37,501 nucleotides of DNA from an uncultured bacterium (lineage in GTDB: Bacteria > Patescibacteriota > Microgenomatia > UBA1400 > MFAQ01), in NCBI GenBank assembly GCA_963980225.1, contig CAXBYW010000002.1:1-37501 (forward strand), written 5' to 3'. Both the position numbers and the translations under genes were made by a program. The notes under the pieces are model-generated. The model had not been told where the DNA came from and made no database searches. It saw only the letters and a program-made list of their open reading frames with translations. This document shows positions 8,654 to 18,255 of the stretch, one piece after another. Numbering within the stretch: the stretch's first letter is position 1; every line of letters starts with the position of its first letter.

Positions 8654-9331
8654 CTAATCTGTTTCTTTATCTATTATTATCTCTAAGCTGTTGGCGGACT
8701 TATGAAGATCCATAATATCTTTATGGGCTTTTTTAATTTTCTCTTGTAGTCTAAAAGGGAGTAGGTTTGAACTAATGACTTCACTAGTGGTTTCTAAGGC
8801 TTCTGTGAGTGAGGGCTTGGCTTTTGTAGCTATCCAGAGTAAAGTCTGGGTTTCCTCTTTTGATATAGATTCTTCGTTTTTTTGGTTTTCTGCTAGCTTT
8901 TTACCGAAGACTACGGCCAGAGGAGTAATGAGTATGAGTGAGGCTAGATTGATAGCCTGTGATGTACTAAGAGATAGTTTTGATGATACTAAAAAGACGA
9001 GGGTGAGGATAAAGCTGGTGATTAGAGCCTGAGCTGGTTCGAAGAACAAGGCTAAGGCGAAGAGGAGAATGTCTAAAAGGAAGAAGAAGGGTGAGTCAAG
9101 GCTACCAGTGGAGAAGATCATGAGTAAAATTAGGCTTAAGAAGGTTGTGATGGTAGTAAGAGATAGGTATTTGGGTTTGAGCTTAAGGAAACGGCTAAAG
9201 AAGTAAATAATGGCTAAAACACCGGCTAGTTGCAGGTTGTAGGTAGAAAGATGAGGGTTAGCGGTCCAGGAGTAAATGAGGCCAACGCTCAGGGTAATTA
9301 GGCTGGTGTGGGCTATTAAAGTTAAAGGCAT
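8654..9331 (-). CDS. Polytopic membrane protein with cytoplasmic helical C-terminal tail; possibly the first gene of the surface operon
   Basis: 225 aa, about 5-6 hydrophobic helices, then a charged tail KKLAENQKNEESISKEETQ.... Lies 39 nt upstream of 7859..8614 on the same strand. Confidence 0.55.
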   Translation of the reverse strand: MPLTLIAHTSLITLSVGLIYSWTANPHLSTYNLQLAGVLAIIYFFSRFLKLKPKYLSLTTITTFLSLILLMIFSTGSLDSPFFFLLDILLFALALFFEPAQALITSFILTLVFLVSSKLSLSTSQAINLASLILITPLAVVFGKKLAENQKNEESISKEETQTLLWIATKAKPSLTEALETTSEVISSNLLPFRLQEKIKKAHKDIMDLHKSANSLEIIIDKETD

Positions 9332-9560
9332 TAAATTAATAATACACTAAATAAATCATTAGGCTTGTCAATTTTGTTTTCTTAAGATAATAAAGAGATA
9401 AGCATAAAATAATGTTTAATTGATGTATTATGTTGTTAAAATGGCAGAACTTAAAGATGAGTGATGGTAGATTTAAGTATAAAATATTTATCAATATATT
9501 TTAATTACTGATAATATAGGAGACTTGTTGTTTGAAAAAAATAACGGTAAAATTTGGTTT

Positions 9561-11966
9561 ATGAAGTATGACCATCTAAAATTAGAAAAAAAATGGCAGG
9601 AGAAATGGCAGGAAACTGGTTTGTATGAAGTGGACTTGGGGAAAGCCAAGAAACCTTTCTATAACTTAATGATGTTTCCTTACCCTTCGGCAGAAGGAAT
9701 GCATGTGGGGAACATGTATGCTTTTACCGGAGCAGATACTTATGGGAGGTATATGAGAATGAAAGGTTTTGATGTGTTTGAACCGATTGGTTTGGATGGT
9801 TTTGGAATTCATAGTGAGAACTACGCTATCAAGGTGGGAAGAAGGCCGGAAGAGCATGCTAGGATAAGTGAAAAGAGTTTTTATAAACAGATGCAGTCTA
9901 TTGGTAATGGTTTTGCTTGGGATCACAGATTAGAGACTTATGATCCGGAGTACTACAAATGGACTCAGTGGCTATTTATTAAGATGTTTGAGGCTGGATT
10001 GGCTTACAAAAAGAAGGCTAAGGTTAATTGGTGTCCTAGCTGTAAGACCGTACTGGCTGACGAGCAAGTAGAGGCAGGGGAGTGTGAGAGATGTAAAGCG
10101 GAAGTAGTGAGGAAAGAGATGAGCTCCTGGCATTTTAGGATTACCAAGTATGCTGACAGATTGCTTGCAAACATTGATGGAAAAGAAGGTAAGCGTGAAA
10201 AGAAAACTGGTCCAGTTAGTGAGGGGTATGATATAGAAAAGGATGGTTTGAGATGGCCAACAAAGATTAAGACAGCGCAGAAAAATTGGATAGGTAGAAG
10301 TGAGGGAGCAGAGGTGTTGTTTGAGGTTAAGGATGTTAAGTCTTCCGTGAAGGTGTTTACCACAAGGTTAGATACGATTCTTGGAGCCACCTTTGTGGTA
10401 CTGGCTCCGGAACACCCTTTGGTTGAGAAACTTAAGGGTAAGAATGAGAAAGAGGTCACTGTTTATGTAGACAAGGCTTTAAGTAAGAGTGAGCAACAGA
10501 GAAAGAAGGAAGAGAAAAAGAAAACTGGAGTGGACACTGGTTACAAAGTGATTCACCCTTTGACTGGTAAGGAACTGCCAATCTGGATTGCCGACTTTGT
10601 GTTGATGGGTTATGGTACTGGTGCAGTGATGGCGGTACCGGCGTATGATGAGCGAGATAAGGAGTTCGCCAAAAAGTATAATTTGGATATAATAGGCACA
10701 CTAAAGGACAAAGATGAGGTGTTTAAGGAGTTAGAGGAAAAAGGTCTGGTGGAGAAAAAAGTTAACTATCACCTACGCGACTGGTTGATCTCTAGACAGA
10801 GATACTGGGGAGCACCGATTCCGATGGTGGAGTGTCCAAAGTGTGGTTGGCAGCCGGTTCCAGAGAAGAATCTGCCGGTGTTGTTACCTGAGATTGAGGA
10901 CTTTAAACCTAAAGGAGATGGCAGTTCACCGCTTGATAACGCGCCAGAAGAGTGGAAAAAAACGAAGTGCCCTAAATGTGGTGGAGAAGCACAAAGAGAG
11001 TTGGACGTATCTGATACCTTTCTTGATAGTTCTTGGTACTTTTTAGGTTATCCGTTTATGAAAAATGGTAAGTGGGAAAGCCAAGCTGAGCCTTTTGACA
11101 AGAATATCTTGGATAAATGGACACCAGTAGATGCTTACACTGGCGGGGCTGAGCATGCAGTGCTACACCTTCTGTATGCTAGGTTTGTCACGATGGTTCT
11201 TCATGATTTGGAGTATTTGAAGGCTGAGGAGCCGTTTCCGTTTCTTTACTCTCATGGTTTGATAATTAAGGATGGAACGAAGATGAGTAAGTCTAAAGGA
11301 AATGTGATTGTGCCGGATGAGTATATAGAGAAGTATGGAGCAGATGCTTTGAGGTGCTACCTGATGTTCATGGGGTCGTTTGATTCAGGAGGAGATTTTA
11401 GGGATACAGGTATGATGGGGATGGCTAAGTTTTTACAAAGGGTCTGGGATTCGTTTTTGGATGATGGGAAAATGGGCGACGAGACTAGTGTTGAACTTGA
11501 GAAGGTGTTGCATCAGACGATCAGGAAGGTGGGTGAGGATATGCCAGTCTTCAAGTTTAATACCGCTATTGCCGTGATGATGGAGTTTATGAATGAGTGG
11601 AAAAAAGAGGGGATGGTTTTAGGTAAAAAGGACTCGTTAAGCTTCTTAAAGCTACTAGCGCCGCTGGCTCCGTACATGACGGAGGAGTTGTATCAGAAAC
11701 TTAGTGATACTTCGGGAGAGTCGATTCATAAGGTGGGTTGGCCAGAGTTTGATGGTGAGAAAGTAAAGGAAAGTATGGTAGAGATAGCTGTTCAGGTTAA
11801 TGGGAAGTTGAGAGAGGTCTTGAGTTTGGATGCGGGTGAGGTAGGGGATAAGGAGAAGGTTGTGGAGATGGCTTTAAAGAGTGAGAAGGTGAAGAAGTGG
11901 TTGGGTGAGGGTGAGAGTAATAAGGTGATTTTTGTACCTGGTAGGTTGGTGAACTTTGTGGTTTAG
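9561..11966 (+). CDS. leuS: Leucyl-tRNA synthetase
   Basis: Class I motifs: a HIGH-type motif (MHVGNM) and KMSKS (TKMSKSKGN). Zinc-knuckle Cys pairs and CP1 editing-region length fit LeuS. Start moved from the track's TTG 9525 to ATG 9561 (MKYDHLKLEKKWQEKW). Confidence 0.95.
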   Translation: MKYDHLKLEKKWQEKWQETGLYEVDLGKAKKPFYNLMMFPYPSAEGMHVGNMYAFTGADTYGRYMRMKGFDVFEPIGLDGFGIHSENYAIKVGRRPEEHARISEKSFYKQMQSIGNGFAWDHRLETYDPEYYKWTQWLFIKMFEAGLAYKKKAKVNWCPSCKTVLADEQVEAGECERCKAEVVRKEMSSWHFRITKYADRLLANIDGKEGKREKKTGPVSEGYDIEKDGLRWPTKIKTAQKNWIGRSEGAEVLFEVKDVKSSVKVFTTRLDTILGATFVVLAPEHPLVEKLKGKNEKEVTVYVDKALSKSEQQRKKEEKKKTGVDTGYKVIHPLTGKELPIWIADFVLMGYGTGAVMAVPAYDERDKEFAKKYNLDIIGTLKDKDEVFKELEEKGLVEKKVNYHLRDWLISRQRYWGAPIPMVECPKCGWQPVPEKNLPVLLPEIEDFKPKGDGSSPLDNAPEEWKKTKCPKCGGEAQRELDVSDTFLDSSWYFLGYPFMKNGKWESQAEPFDKNILDKWTPVDAYTGGAEHAVLHLLYARFVTMVLHDLEYLKAEEPFPFLYSHGLIIKDGTKMSKSKGNVIVPDEYIEKYGADALRCYLMFMGSFDSGGDFRDTGMMGMAKFLQRVWDSFLDDGKMGDETSVELEKVLHQTIRKVGEDMPVFKFNTAIAVMMEFMNEWKKEGMVLGKKDSLSFLKLLAPLAPYMTEELYQKLSDTSGESIHKVGWPEFDGEKVKESMVEIAVQVNGKLREVLSLDAGEVGDKEKVVEMALKSEKVKKWLGEGESNKVIFVPGRLVNFVV

Positions 11967-11972
11967 ATAATT

Positions 11973-12004
11973 AAAAAAACTCCCACATTCGAGGAATGTG
12001 GGAG
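11973..12004 (-). terminator. Rho-independent terminator for 12029..12442; may also act on leuS from the other side
   Basis: Perfect 11-bp stem CTCCCACATTC / GAATGTGGGAG with loop GAG. An A7 run on the plus strand gives a T7 tail on the minus strand. Confidence 0.75.
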
Positions 12005-12028
12005 GTAGTGATGGTGTGTTAGATGATC

Positions 12029-12442
12029 TTATTTAAGAATGAGGCTTGTTTCTAAATCACATTGGACTAGCGCTTTTTCAAGATTGGTAATGTTGATGAT
12101 GGTGCCACTTAGTATCCTGCGGATTTTTTTAATAAAGTCCTCTGTTGACATACGGGGGATGAGGTAGCCAAGATAGTCGCCACTGCTTTTGCGTAGCCGG
12201 AACCAGGTATCTCCATCGATAGTTTCTTTGGCGTTTGGTCCCAGTCTAGAGTAGTCGATACCGGTGTCTATCTCGGCAAAGACTTCTTCGGGAACGGCTG
12301 GAGCAATTTTGATGGTCATGCTGATAAAATCCAGATCACCAAGACCTTTAACAAGGATCACTTTATTGGCGAGTGTTGCCTCCCAGTTGGGAAGGACGTC
12401 ATTAATTTTTTTTACTAGGGAAGACAACTTGGTTTGTGTCAT
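12029..12442 (-). CDS. Hypothetical protein (137 aa)
   Basis: Clean ORF followed by a strong terminator. I recognise no motif. Confidence 0.5.
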   Translation of the reverse strand: MTQTKLSSLVKKINDVLPNWEATLANKVILVKGLGDLDFISMTIKIAPAVPEEVFAEIDTGIDYSRLGPNAKETIDGDTWFRLRKSSGDYLGYLIPRMSTEDFIKKIRRILSGTIINITNLEKALVQCDLETSLILK

Positions 12443-12538
12443 TTCTTTTTTTCTCCTTTTTAAGGTACTCGTGAGTGGGTTATTAGGTTTATATAGGTTG
12501 TATTATACTAGATTTGACAAATTTGGTATATTTAAGGT

Positions 12539-13111
12539 GTGCAATGGATAGAGGATCTAAAGAAAAGGTTTTCATTGAGTTTGTTTGATATAGTTCTTGT
12601 TGGTTTGATGGTACTTGGAGGGGCTTTGGTTTTATGGGGGTTGTTGGGAAATATGGGTGATAAGGGAGATGAGATAGAGTATTTAGCAGGCGATTTGAAT
12701 AGTAATGAGATGATCTGGGTAGATGTTGCTGGGGCGGTGGAGAGACCAGGGGTGTATGAATTAGGGAAAGGGTCTAGAGTTAAGGATGCTTTAGTAGCTG
12801 CCGGAGGGTTGGCTCAGGATGCCGACAGGAGTTATTTGGAAAAGGTATTAAATCTAGCGGAAATAGTAAAGGATGGAGAGAAGCTTTATATACCCCATGA
12901 GGGTAGTGAGGTGATGGGTGAATCTACCGGACTTATCAATATAAACACGGCTAACATAAGTGAGCTAGATACCCTGTGGGGGGTAGGGACTGCTAGAGCG
13001 CAAGACATTGTCGATAATAGGCCTTTTTCAAAAGTAGAAGAACTAACAACTAAGAATGTCTTACCAGAAAATGTGTATGAGCAGATTAAAAATGAAGTGA
13101 GTGTTTACTAG
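12539..13111 (+). CDS. comEA: Competence protein ComEA (TM anchor, SLBB-like domain, helix-hairpin-helix DNA-binding domain)
   Basis: Contains VDVAGAVERPGVYELGKGSRVKDALVAAGG and ININTANISELDTLWGVGTARAQDIVDNRPF. Exact start uncertain (GTG 12539 or TTG 12575). Confidence 0.85.
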   Translation: MQWIEDLKKRFSLSLFDIVLVGLMVLGGALVLWGLLGNMGDKGDEIEYLAGDLNSNEMIWVDVAGAVERPGVYELGKGSRVKDALVAAGGLAQDADRSYLEKVLNLAEIVKDGEKLYIPHEGSEVMGESTGLININTANISELDTLWGVGTARAQDIVDNRPFSKVEELTTKNVLPENVYEQIKNEVSVY

Positions 13112-14231
13112 AACTATCCTGTTACTGGTTTTTTTGGCTTTAAGGTTGGTACCGGGTTGGGTTTGGGTGTCGCAAGTTCAAAGTGGACGTGCGGTAAAAA
13201 CAAGAGGTGAGATTGTCAAAATAGAACAAAAGGGATCTAATTGTATTATTAAGGTAGGTAGGTTCTGGGTGAAAACTCAAGGCTGGTGTGTTTTTTCACG
13301 AATGGATGAAGTGGTGGTAGTTGGCAGAACAAACTATGAGGTGATAGATGTTTTGTTGGGACGAATTTGGTTGGACAATCCGCATATTAGTCTGTTTGCA
13401 AAAAATCGTGAAAAGGATCAGGTAAAAATGAATGATGATGGTGGTGTCTGGCAGATTTGGCGTGAAAAGTTAGCCCTAAACTACAAGCGGTTATTGCCGG
13501 AGCCAGAATCTTCCTTGGTTGCGGGGATTGTTTTGGGTGAAAAGAGTAGGTTACCGGAAAAGTTCCATGAAGCCTTAATAAACACAGGGACGATTCATGT
13601 TGTGGTGGCTTCTGGGTATAACGTAATGGTGGTGGGTAGTATGATCTTGGCAGGTTTGTTGTATTTGGTTGAGCGTAAGTGGGCTACGATTGGGGCGGTG
13701 GTAGGAATGTTGGCATATGGTTTGATGGCTGGAGCAGATCCGCCGGTAGTCAGGGCGGTGATTATGGGAGGGATTATTTTCGTAGGCCAAGCCTTGGGTA
13801 GGTCTAGCAAAGCCTTGTGGTCCTTGGGGTTGGCTGCTTGGGTAATGTTGATGGTAGATCCCTTGTTGGTGGAGAGCGTGAGTTTTCAGTTATCGGTAAT
13901 GGCTAGTGTGGGATTGTTCTGGCTGGAGCCTAAGTTGAGGCGGTGGTTTGATGAGAGGGAGATTGGTGGTTGGGTATTGAGGACGGAGCTTTTACCAACG
14001 CTGGCAGCTCAAGTTATGACCGTGCCGATAATTTTGTATCATTTTGGTAGAGTTAGTTGGATATCTCCGGTGGTGAACGTTTTAATCTTACCGTTTATAC
14101 CGGTAATCATGGCCTGGGGTGGAGTGATGTTGCTTTTGAGTCTTGTCTGGAGTCCGTTAGGTATGGTGGTGGGCTGGTTGGTGTATTCATTGGCTCATTT
14201 GGTGGTAGTGATGGTGAAGTTTTTTAGTTGA
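13101..14231 (+). CDS. comEC: ComEC N-terminal part: OB-like DUF4131 region plus polytopic competence channel domain
   Basis: Contains GTIHVVVASGYNV, PPVVRAVIMGG and SFQLSVMASVGL, with multiple TM helices. Overlaps the comEA end by 11 nt. Ends at TGA 14231 before any metallo-beta-lactamase domain. Confidence 0.85.
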   Translation: MFTRTILLLVFLALRLVPGWVWVSQVQSGRAVKTRGEIVKIEQKGSNCIIKVGRFWVKTQGWCVFSRMDEVVVVGRTNYEVIDVLLGRIWLDNPHISLFAKNREKDQVKMNDDGGVWQIWREKLALNYKRLLPEPESSLVAGIVLGEKSRLPEKFHEALINTGTIHVVVASGYNVMVVGSMILAGLLYLVERKWATIGAVVGMLAYGLMAGADPPVVRAVIMGGIIFVGQALGRSSKALWSLGLAAWVMLMVDPLLVESVSFQLSVMASVGLFWLEPKLRRWFDEREIGGWVLRTELLPTLAAQVMTVPIILYHFGRVSWISPVVNVLILPFIPVIMAWGGVMLLLSLVWSPLGMVVGWLVYSLAHLVVVMVKFFS

Positions 14232-14280
14232 GATATAAAAAACTCATCAGTACTTATGGTGAGTGAGTAAACGTATTCTT

Positions 14281-14462
14281 TTGCAAGTACTAGTTTGGTC
14301 TTAGCTTTTGAGTCCTTTAAAGGTTTTTCTGTAAGATGGCTTAGTTTTTCTTTTTAAAGCTAAACCTCTTTTGCTTTAAAGGATTGTGCTGTAAGGTTTT
14401 TGTTTTTCTTTATTAAAGCTAAACTTGTTTCACTTTAAAGGATTGTGCTGTAAGGTTTTCGC
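14281..14462 (+). repeat. Intergenic repeat element, copy 1: conserved leader TTGCAAGTAC... plus 2.5 tandem units of about 60 bp
   Basis: Units start at about 14314, 14374 and 14433, each with CTTTAAAGG(A/T)TT(G/T)TGCTGTAAGGTTT ... TTAAAGCTAAAC. About 80 percent identical by eye to 20337..20466. Confidence 0.85.
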
Positions 14463-14542
14463 CTATATCTCTCATGATAACGGTGGCTTAAAAAGGACGA
14501 GTATTTTAATGCGTAGGATGACCACATAATAGTAGTAGTGAG

Positions 14543-15466
14543 GTGGTTGTTGGTAGTTTAGACTGGTATGCTTTATGTATGAAATGGTGGTCTTGGTTAG
14601 TGATGGGTGTTTTAAGTGGTTTGTTATGGATAGGAGTACAGATGCCGGATGAGAAGCTCCATGTTGTGTTTTGTGATGTAGGGCAAGGAGATGCTACCTT
14701 GATTATAAGGAAAGAGTTTCAGGTGGTGGTAGATGGTGGTCCGGGTGGGGAGAAGCTACTATCTTGTTTGGGTAGGCACTTGCCGTTTTGGGACAGAGAG
14801 ATCGATCTGGTGGTAAATACGCATCCTCAGAAAGATCACTTAGGAGGTTTGGATGAGTTGTTGGAAAGGTATAGAGTAGAAAGATTAATGATTAATGGGG
14901 TGTTTGGTGGTGGTAAGGATGCTGTTAGATTAAGAAAGTTGGTGGGTGAAGGAGAGGTTGAGATAGTATTACCTAGGGAAGGTGATGTCTTAAGAAAGGG
15001 TAGTTTACAGTTTGAGGTATTATGGCCGGAGGAAAGAGTGGGGAGTAGCTTGGCTTGGTCTGATCCTTCAAGAATGGATTTGGTAAGTGAGATAGTGTTG
15101 GGGAAGAATACGGATGTGAATATATTGAGTGTGGTGGGGTTGTTGAGATATGGTGAGTTTGAGGTGTTGCTAACTGGAGACATTGGGATTGATGAAGAAC
15201 GAGACTTACTTAAGAGGGGAAGTTTGATGGAGGTAGATGTCTTGAAAGTGGCTCATCATGGTAGTAAGTACTCGAGCAGTGATGAGTTTATTAAAAAGGT
15301 GAGTCCAAAAGTAGCAGTTATTCAAGTAGGTAAGAATAATTTTGGGCATCCTACTGAGGAGGTGTTGGATAAACTGAAGAAAATTGGTTCTCAAGTATTT
15401 AGAAATGACTTGGATGGAGATGTGGAAGTGGTGAGTGATGGTCAAGGTTTTTGGTTGGTGGATTGA
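14543..15466 (+). CDS. comEC: ComEC C-terminal part: TM helix plus metallo-beta-lactamase (nuclease) domain, encoded as a separate ORF
   Basis: Contains HVVFCDVGQGDATLI, VNTHPQKDHLGG (H-x-x-x-D-H type metal motif) and VLKVAHHGS. SD-like GTGAGGTGG at the GTG 14543 start; alternative ATG at 14579. Confidence 0.8.
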   Translation: MVVGSLDWYALCMKWWSWLVMGVLSGLLWIGVQMPDEKLHVVFCDVGQGDATLIIRKEFQVVVDGGPGGEKLLSCLGRHLPFWDREIDLVVNTHPQKDHLGGLDELLERYRVERLMINGVFGGGKDAVRLRKLVGEGEVEIVLPREGDVLRKGSLQFEVLWPEERVGSSLAWSDPSRMDLVSEIVLGKNTDVNILSVVGLLRYGEFEVLLTGDIGIDEERDLLKRGSLMEVDVLKVAHHGSKYSSSDEFIKKVSPKVAVIQVGKNNFGHPTEEVLDKLKKIGSQVFRNDLDGDVEVVSDGQGFWLVD

Positions 15467-15497
15467 CAAGGGCAGAGAAAAAGTGCATATTTAAGTT

Positions 15498-16106
15498 ATG
15501 AAAAATTTAGTGTTGGTATTGTTGGCGGTTTTGTTTTTAGGGTTACCTGGTGGAGTAAAAGCTGAGGATGTCGTGGAGCCGGTGGTGGACACCGTGGAAG
15601 TAAGTGTGCCGGATGTAGAGAGTGGTTGGTTTGGTTTGAGATGGGCTTTTGTAAAGGTGTCTCACAATGTCCAGGTGGTGTTGGCAAGAACTGATGAGAA
15701 AAAAGATGAACTGGAGATGAAGTTTGCTGAGAAAGAGGAAGTGTTGATAGCAAGAATTACTGCCCTTGAGGAAAGCAATCCTAAGTTGGCAGAGAAGCTT
15801 TCGGGTAAGTTAGACAAGATATCAGAGAAGTATGAGGAGAGAGTAGATAAGTTGGGAGTTAAGATGAACAAGCTTGAAGAGAGAGAACAAGAAATGAAGA
15901 CGAGAATGGAGCAGTGGATGGAAAGACGAGAAGAGAATAAGCAAAAGTTGGAGCAAAAAAAAGAGGAGATTAGAGAAAGGGTAGAAAGTAGAGGTACGGG
16001 TAATGATGGGAACGAAGATGAGGACGAGGATGAATCTGGTCAGACTCTTAAAGGAGGTAGTGTGAGGATAGAAAACGCTAGACCGGGAGTAATAAGGTTG
16101 AGATAG
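15498..16106 (+). CDS. Secreted coiled-coil protein (Lys/Glu-rich), function unknown
   Basis: Signal peptide MKNLVLVLLAVLFLGLPGGVKA, then long heptad-like KE-rich helices and an acidic tail. Confidence 0.65.
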   Translation: MKNLVLVLLAVLFLGLPGGVKAEDVVEPVVDTVEVSVPDVESGWFGLRWAFVKVSHNVQVVLARTDEKKDELEMKFAEKEEVLIARITALEESNPKLAEKLSGKLDKISEKYEERVDKLGVKMNKLEEREQEMKTRMEQWMERREENKQKLEQKKEEIRERVESRGTGNDGNEDEDEDESGQTLKGGSVRIENARPGVIRLR

Positions 16107-16151
16107 ATGTTGATAGGTGAGTAATCTCTTTTTTAAGTTACAATATGATGA

Positions 16152-17429
16152 ATGAAGATAGAACATAAGGTTACTAAGTTGAATTCTGGTTTGAGGGTGG
16201 TGAGTGTGCCTATGAGCGTAGAGTCGGTGACGGTGATGGCTATGGTGGGAGTGGGTTCTAGATATGAAGATAGACAGGTTGGAGGGGTAAGCCATTTCAT
16301 TGAGCATTTTATGAGCAATGGAACGAAGAAATATAAGGATAAGAAGGATATTTGGCTGGCAACGGAACGAGTAGGAGGGATTCGGAATGCCTATACAAGT
16401 AAGCAGGTGACGGCTTACTGGTCCAAGGTGGCCAAGGAGCACCTGGAACTGGCTACAGACATATGTGGAGAGTTGGTTTGTCGGCCGTTGTTTCCAGAGA
16501 AGTATCTAGAGAAGGAGAGGGGAATAATTTTGGAAGAGCTAAAGATGTACGAGGATAAACCAGAGGTAGTGGCGGCTCAAAAGTTTGATGAGCTTCTGTT
16601 TGGTGATACTGGTTTAGGTAGAGATATAATTGGAAATAGAAAAAGTTTACAAGAAATGAGCATTAAGAAAATGAAGGACTTTTGGCAACAATGGTATGTG
16701 CCAGAAGAGGTGGTTGTTGGAGTAGCTGGAGGAATAGAGTCGCATGACAAATTTGTGGAGTTAGTAGAGGAGAAGTTTGTAGAACTTACAAAAATGAGTA
16801 AGAAAAAGCCACACGGAGTGTTGGGGAATTTTAGCCACGAAAATAGTCAGGTTTCTTTGGTAAACAGACCAACTGAGCAAGCACATTTGGTTTTGGGGCT
16901 GGGGTCCTTAAAGCGAGAAGTGAAGGAGAGATATGCCTTGTCGATAATGAATGCGGTGTTGGGAGGAATGGCTACTAGTAGGTTTTTTCAAAAGATTAGA
17001 GAAGAGATGGGTTTGGCGTACTACATCAAGTCTGGGGTGGATGCTTTTGTTGAAACTGGATCTTGGGGTGTGGCGGCTGGAGTTAAAAAAGAAGACGTGG
17101 AAGATTCGATAAAGGTGATAGTAAAGGAGATGAGGAATTTTGTGGGAAAGAACAAACCTACAAAAGAAGAGGTTGATCGAGCAAAAACAAACTTAGTTGG
17201 GAATATTAAGTTGGGTATGGAGAGCTCTAGTGATGAGGTAGGCAGGGTTGTTAGTGGGTTGGTGCTAGAGAATAGGGTAAGGCCGTATAAAGAGATTTTT
17301 GAGGGAATAGAGGCGGTTAGAGTAGAGGATGTGGTGGCGGTGGCCGAGAGGATATTTAAGAATGGCTTGAATTTGAGTATTGTGGGTCCGTTTGAGGATA
17401 AGGAGAGGTTTGAGAGATTGCTGAAGTAA
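16152..17429 (+). CDS. M16-family (pitrilysin-like) zinc peptidase
   Basis: Inverted zincin motif HFIEH in GVSHFIEHFMSNGT. Length of 425 aa and two-domain organisation are typical. Confidence 0.85.
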   Translation: MKIEHKVTKLNSGLRVVSVPMSVESVTVMAMVGVGSRYEDRQVGGVSHFIEHFMSNGTKKYKDKKDIWLATERVGGIRNAYTSKQVTAYWSKVAKEHLELATDICGELVCRPLFPEKYLEKERGIILEELKMYEDKPEVVAAQKFDELLFGDTGLGRDIIGNRKSLQEMSIKKMKDFWQQWYVPEEVVVGVAGGIESHDKFVELVEEKFVELTKMSKKKPHGVLGNFSHENSQVSLVNRPTEQAHLVLGLGSLKREVKERYALSIMNAVLGGMATSRFFQKIREEMGLAYYIKSGVDAFVETGSWGVAAGVKKEDVEDSIKVIVKEMRNFVGKNKPTKEEVDRAKTNLVGNIKLGMESSSDEVGRVVSGLVLENRVRPYKEIFEGIEAVRVEDVVAVAERIFKNGLNLSIVGPFEDKERFERLLK

Positions 17430-17476
17430 GTTTTATATTCTCACTTTATATAAGTAGGATTCAAGAGAGACTAGTG

Positions 17477-18232
17477 TTATTTTGTTTTAGGAGTGGATGG
17501 TACGATGAAGCGGCCGATGAAGAGGGTAGACTCAAAGAGAAATATTAGAGGAAGAGAGAGGAGAATGTCGGTGAGAATGGAATCGAAGGGTAGAAGAATA
17601 GTGAAGAGGAAGGTTATAAGATAGACCCAGCGGCGCTTTTGACTGACTTGCTTGTGCTCGACTATTTTCAAGCGCAGGAGAAGGAGAAGAACGATAGGAA
17701 ATTGAAAACTGATACCTAGGATGATGGAGGCAATGAGAATGGTGGAGAGTAGTCCGCTGATGTCGAGGATGTTGCCGATACCAAGGGCAAGGGATCTTTC
17801 TAGAAAAATTTTGATTTGCCATTTCATAATAAAGGCACCGAAGGAAAAACCGATGATAAATAGAAAGACTGAGAAAGGTGTGGCTCTAAGAATTAGTTTG
17901 TATTCTGGTTTTTTCAAAGCAGGTTTTAGAAAATGAATGACTTGGGCGATAAAAAAGGGAAAAGCGACGACTAATCCAGTAGTAAGACCACAGCTGAAAG
18001 CAAGGTTGATGAACTGAAAAGGGGAAGTGAAGACGATGTTGAGGCCATCAAGAGAAAGAGTACCAACTAGAAATCCAACTATTTTTTCGTAGGAAATAAA
18101 GCCTACAAAAGCGGCGATGATAAAAAGGTAAAGAGTGAGAATGATTCTTTTTCTAATCTCTTTAAGTAGGGGGGAATATTGCTCGACAATGGTGGCCAGT
18201 TCAGAAGACTTCGGAGGTTTGATTTTTTTCAC
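17477..18232 (-). CDS. tatC: Twin-arginine translocase subunit TatC
   Basis: 251 aa, six hydrophobic helices, lies directly downstream of tatA. GTG start. Confidence 0.8.
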   Translation of the reverse strand: MKKIKPPKSSELATIVEQYSPLLKEIRKRIILTLYLFIIAAFVGFISYEKIVGFLVGTLSLDGLNIVFTSPFQFINLAFSCGLTTGLVVAFPFFIAQVIHFLKPALKKPEYKLILRATPFSVFLFIIGFSFGAFIMKWQIKIFLERSLALGIGNILDISGLLSTILIASIILGISFQFPIVLLLLLRLKIVEHKQVSQKRRWVYLITFLFTILLPFDSILTDILLSLPLIFLFESTLFIGRFIVPSTPKTK

Positions 18233-18255
18233 AATAGTAAATCATTTTAAGAATT

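Noticed and set aside
14313-14462. CRISPR-like appearance (roughly 28-nt repeat separated by about 31 nt)
   Set aside because: The 'spacers' resemble each other and the copy at 20370..20466, so this is a 60-bp tandem repeat. There are only 2.5 units and no cas genes in the window.
9666-16442. Antisense ORFs inside leuS, comEC, the coiled-coil gene and the M16 peptidase (for example 10004..10459, 13575..13810, 14836..15469, 15822..16442)
   Set aside because: They lie opposite genes with strong family motifs. No SDs, and biased composition.
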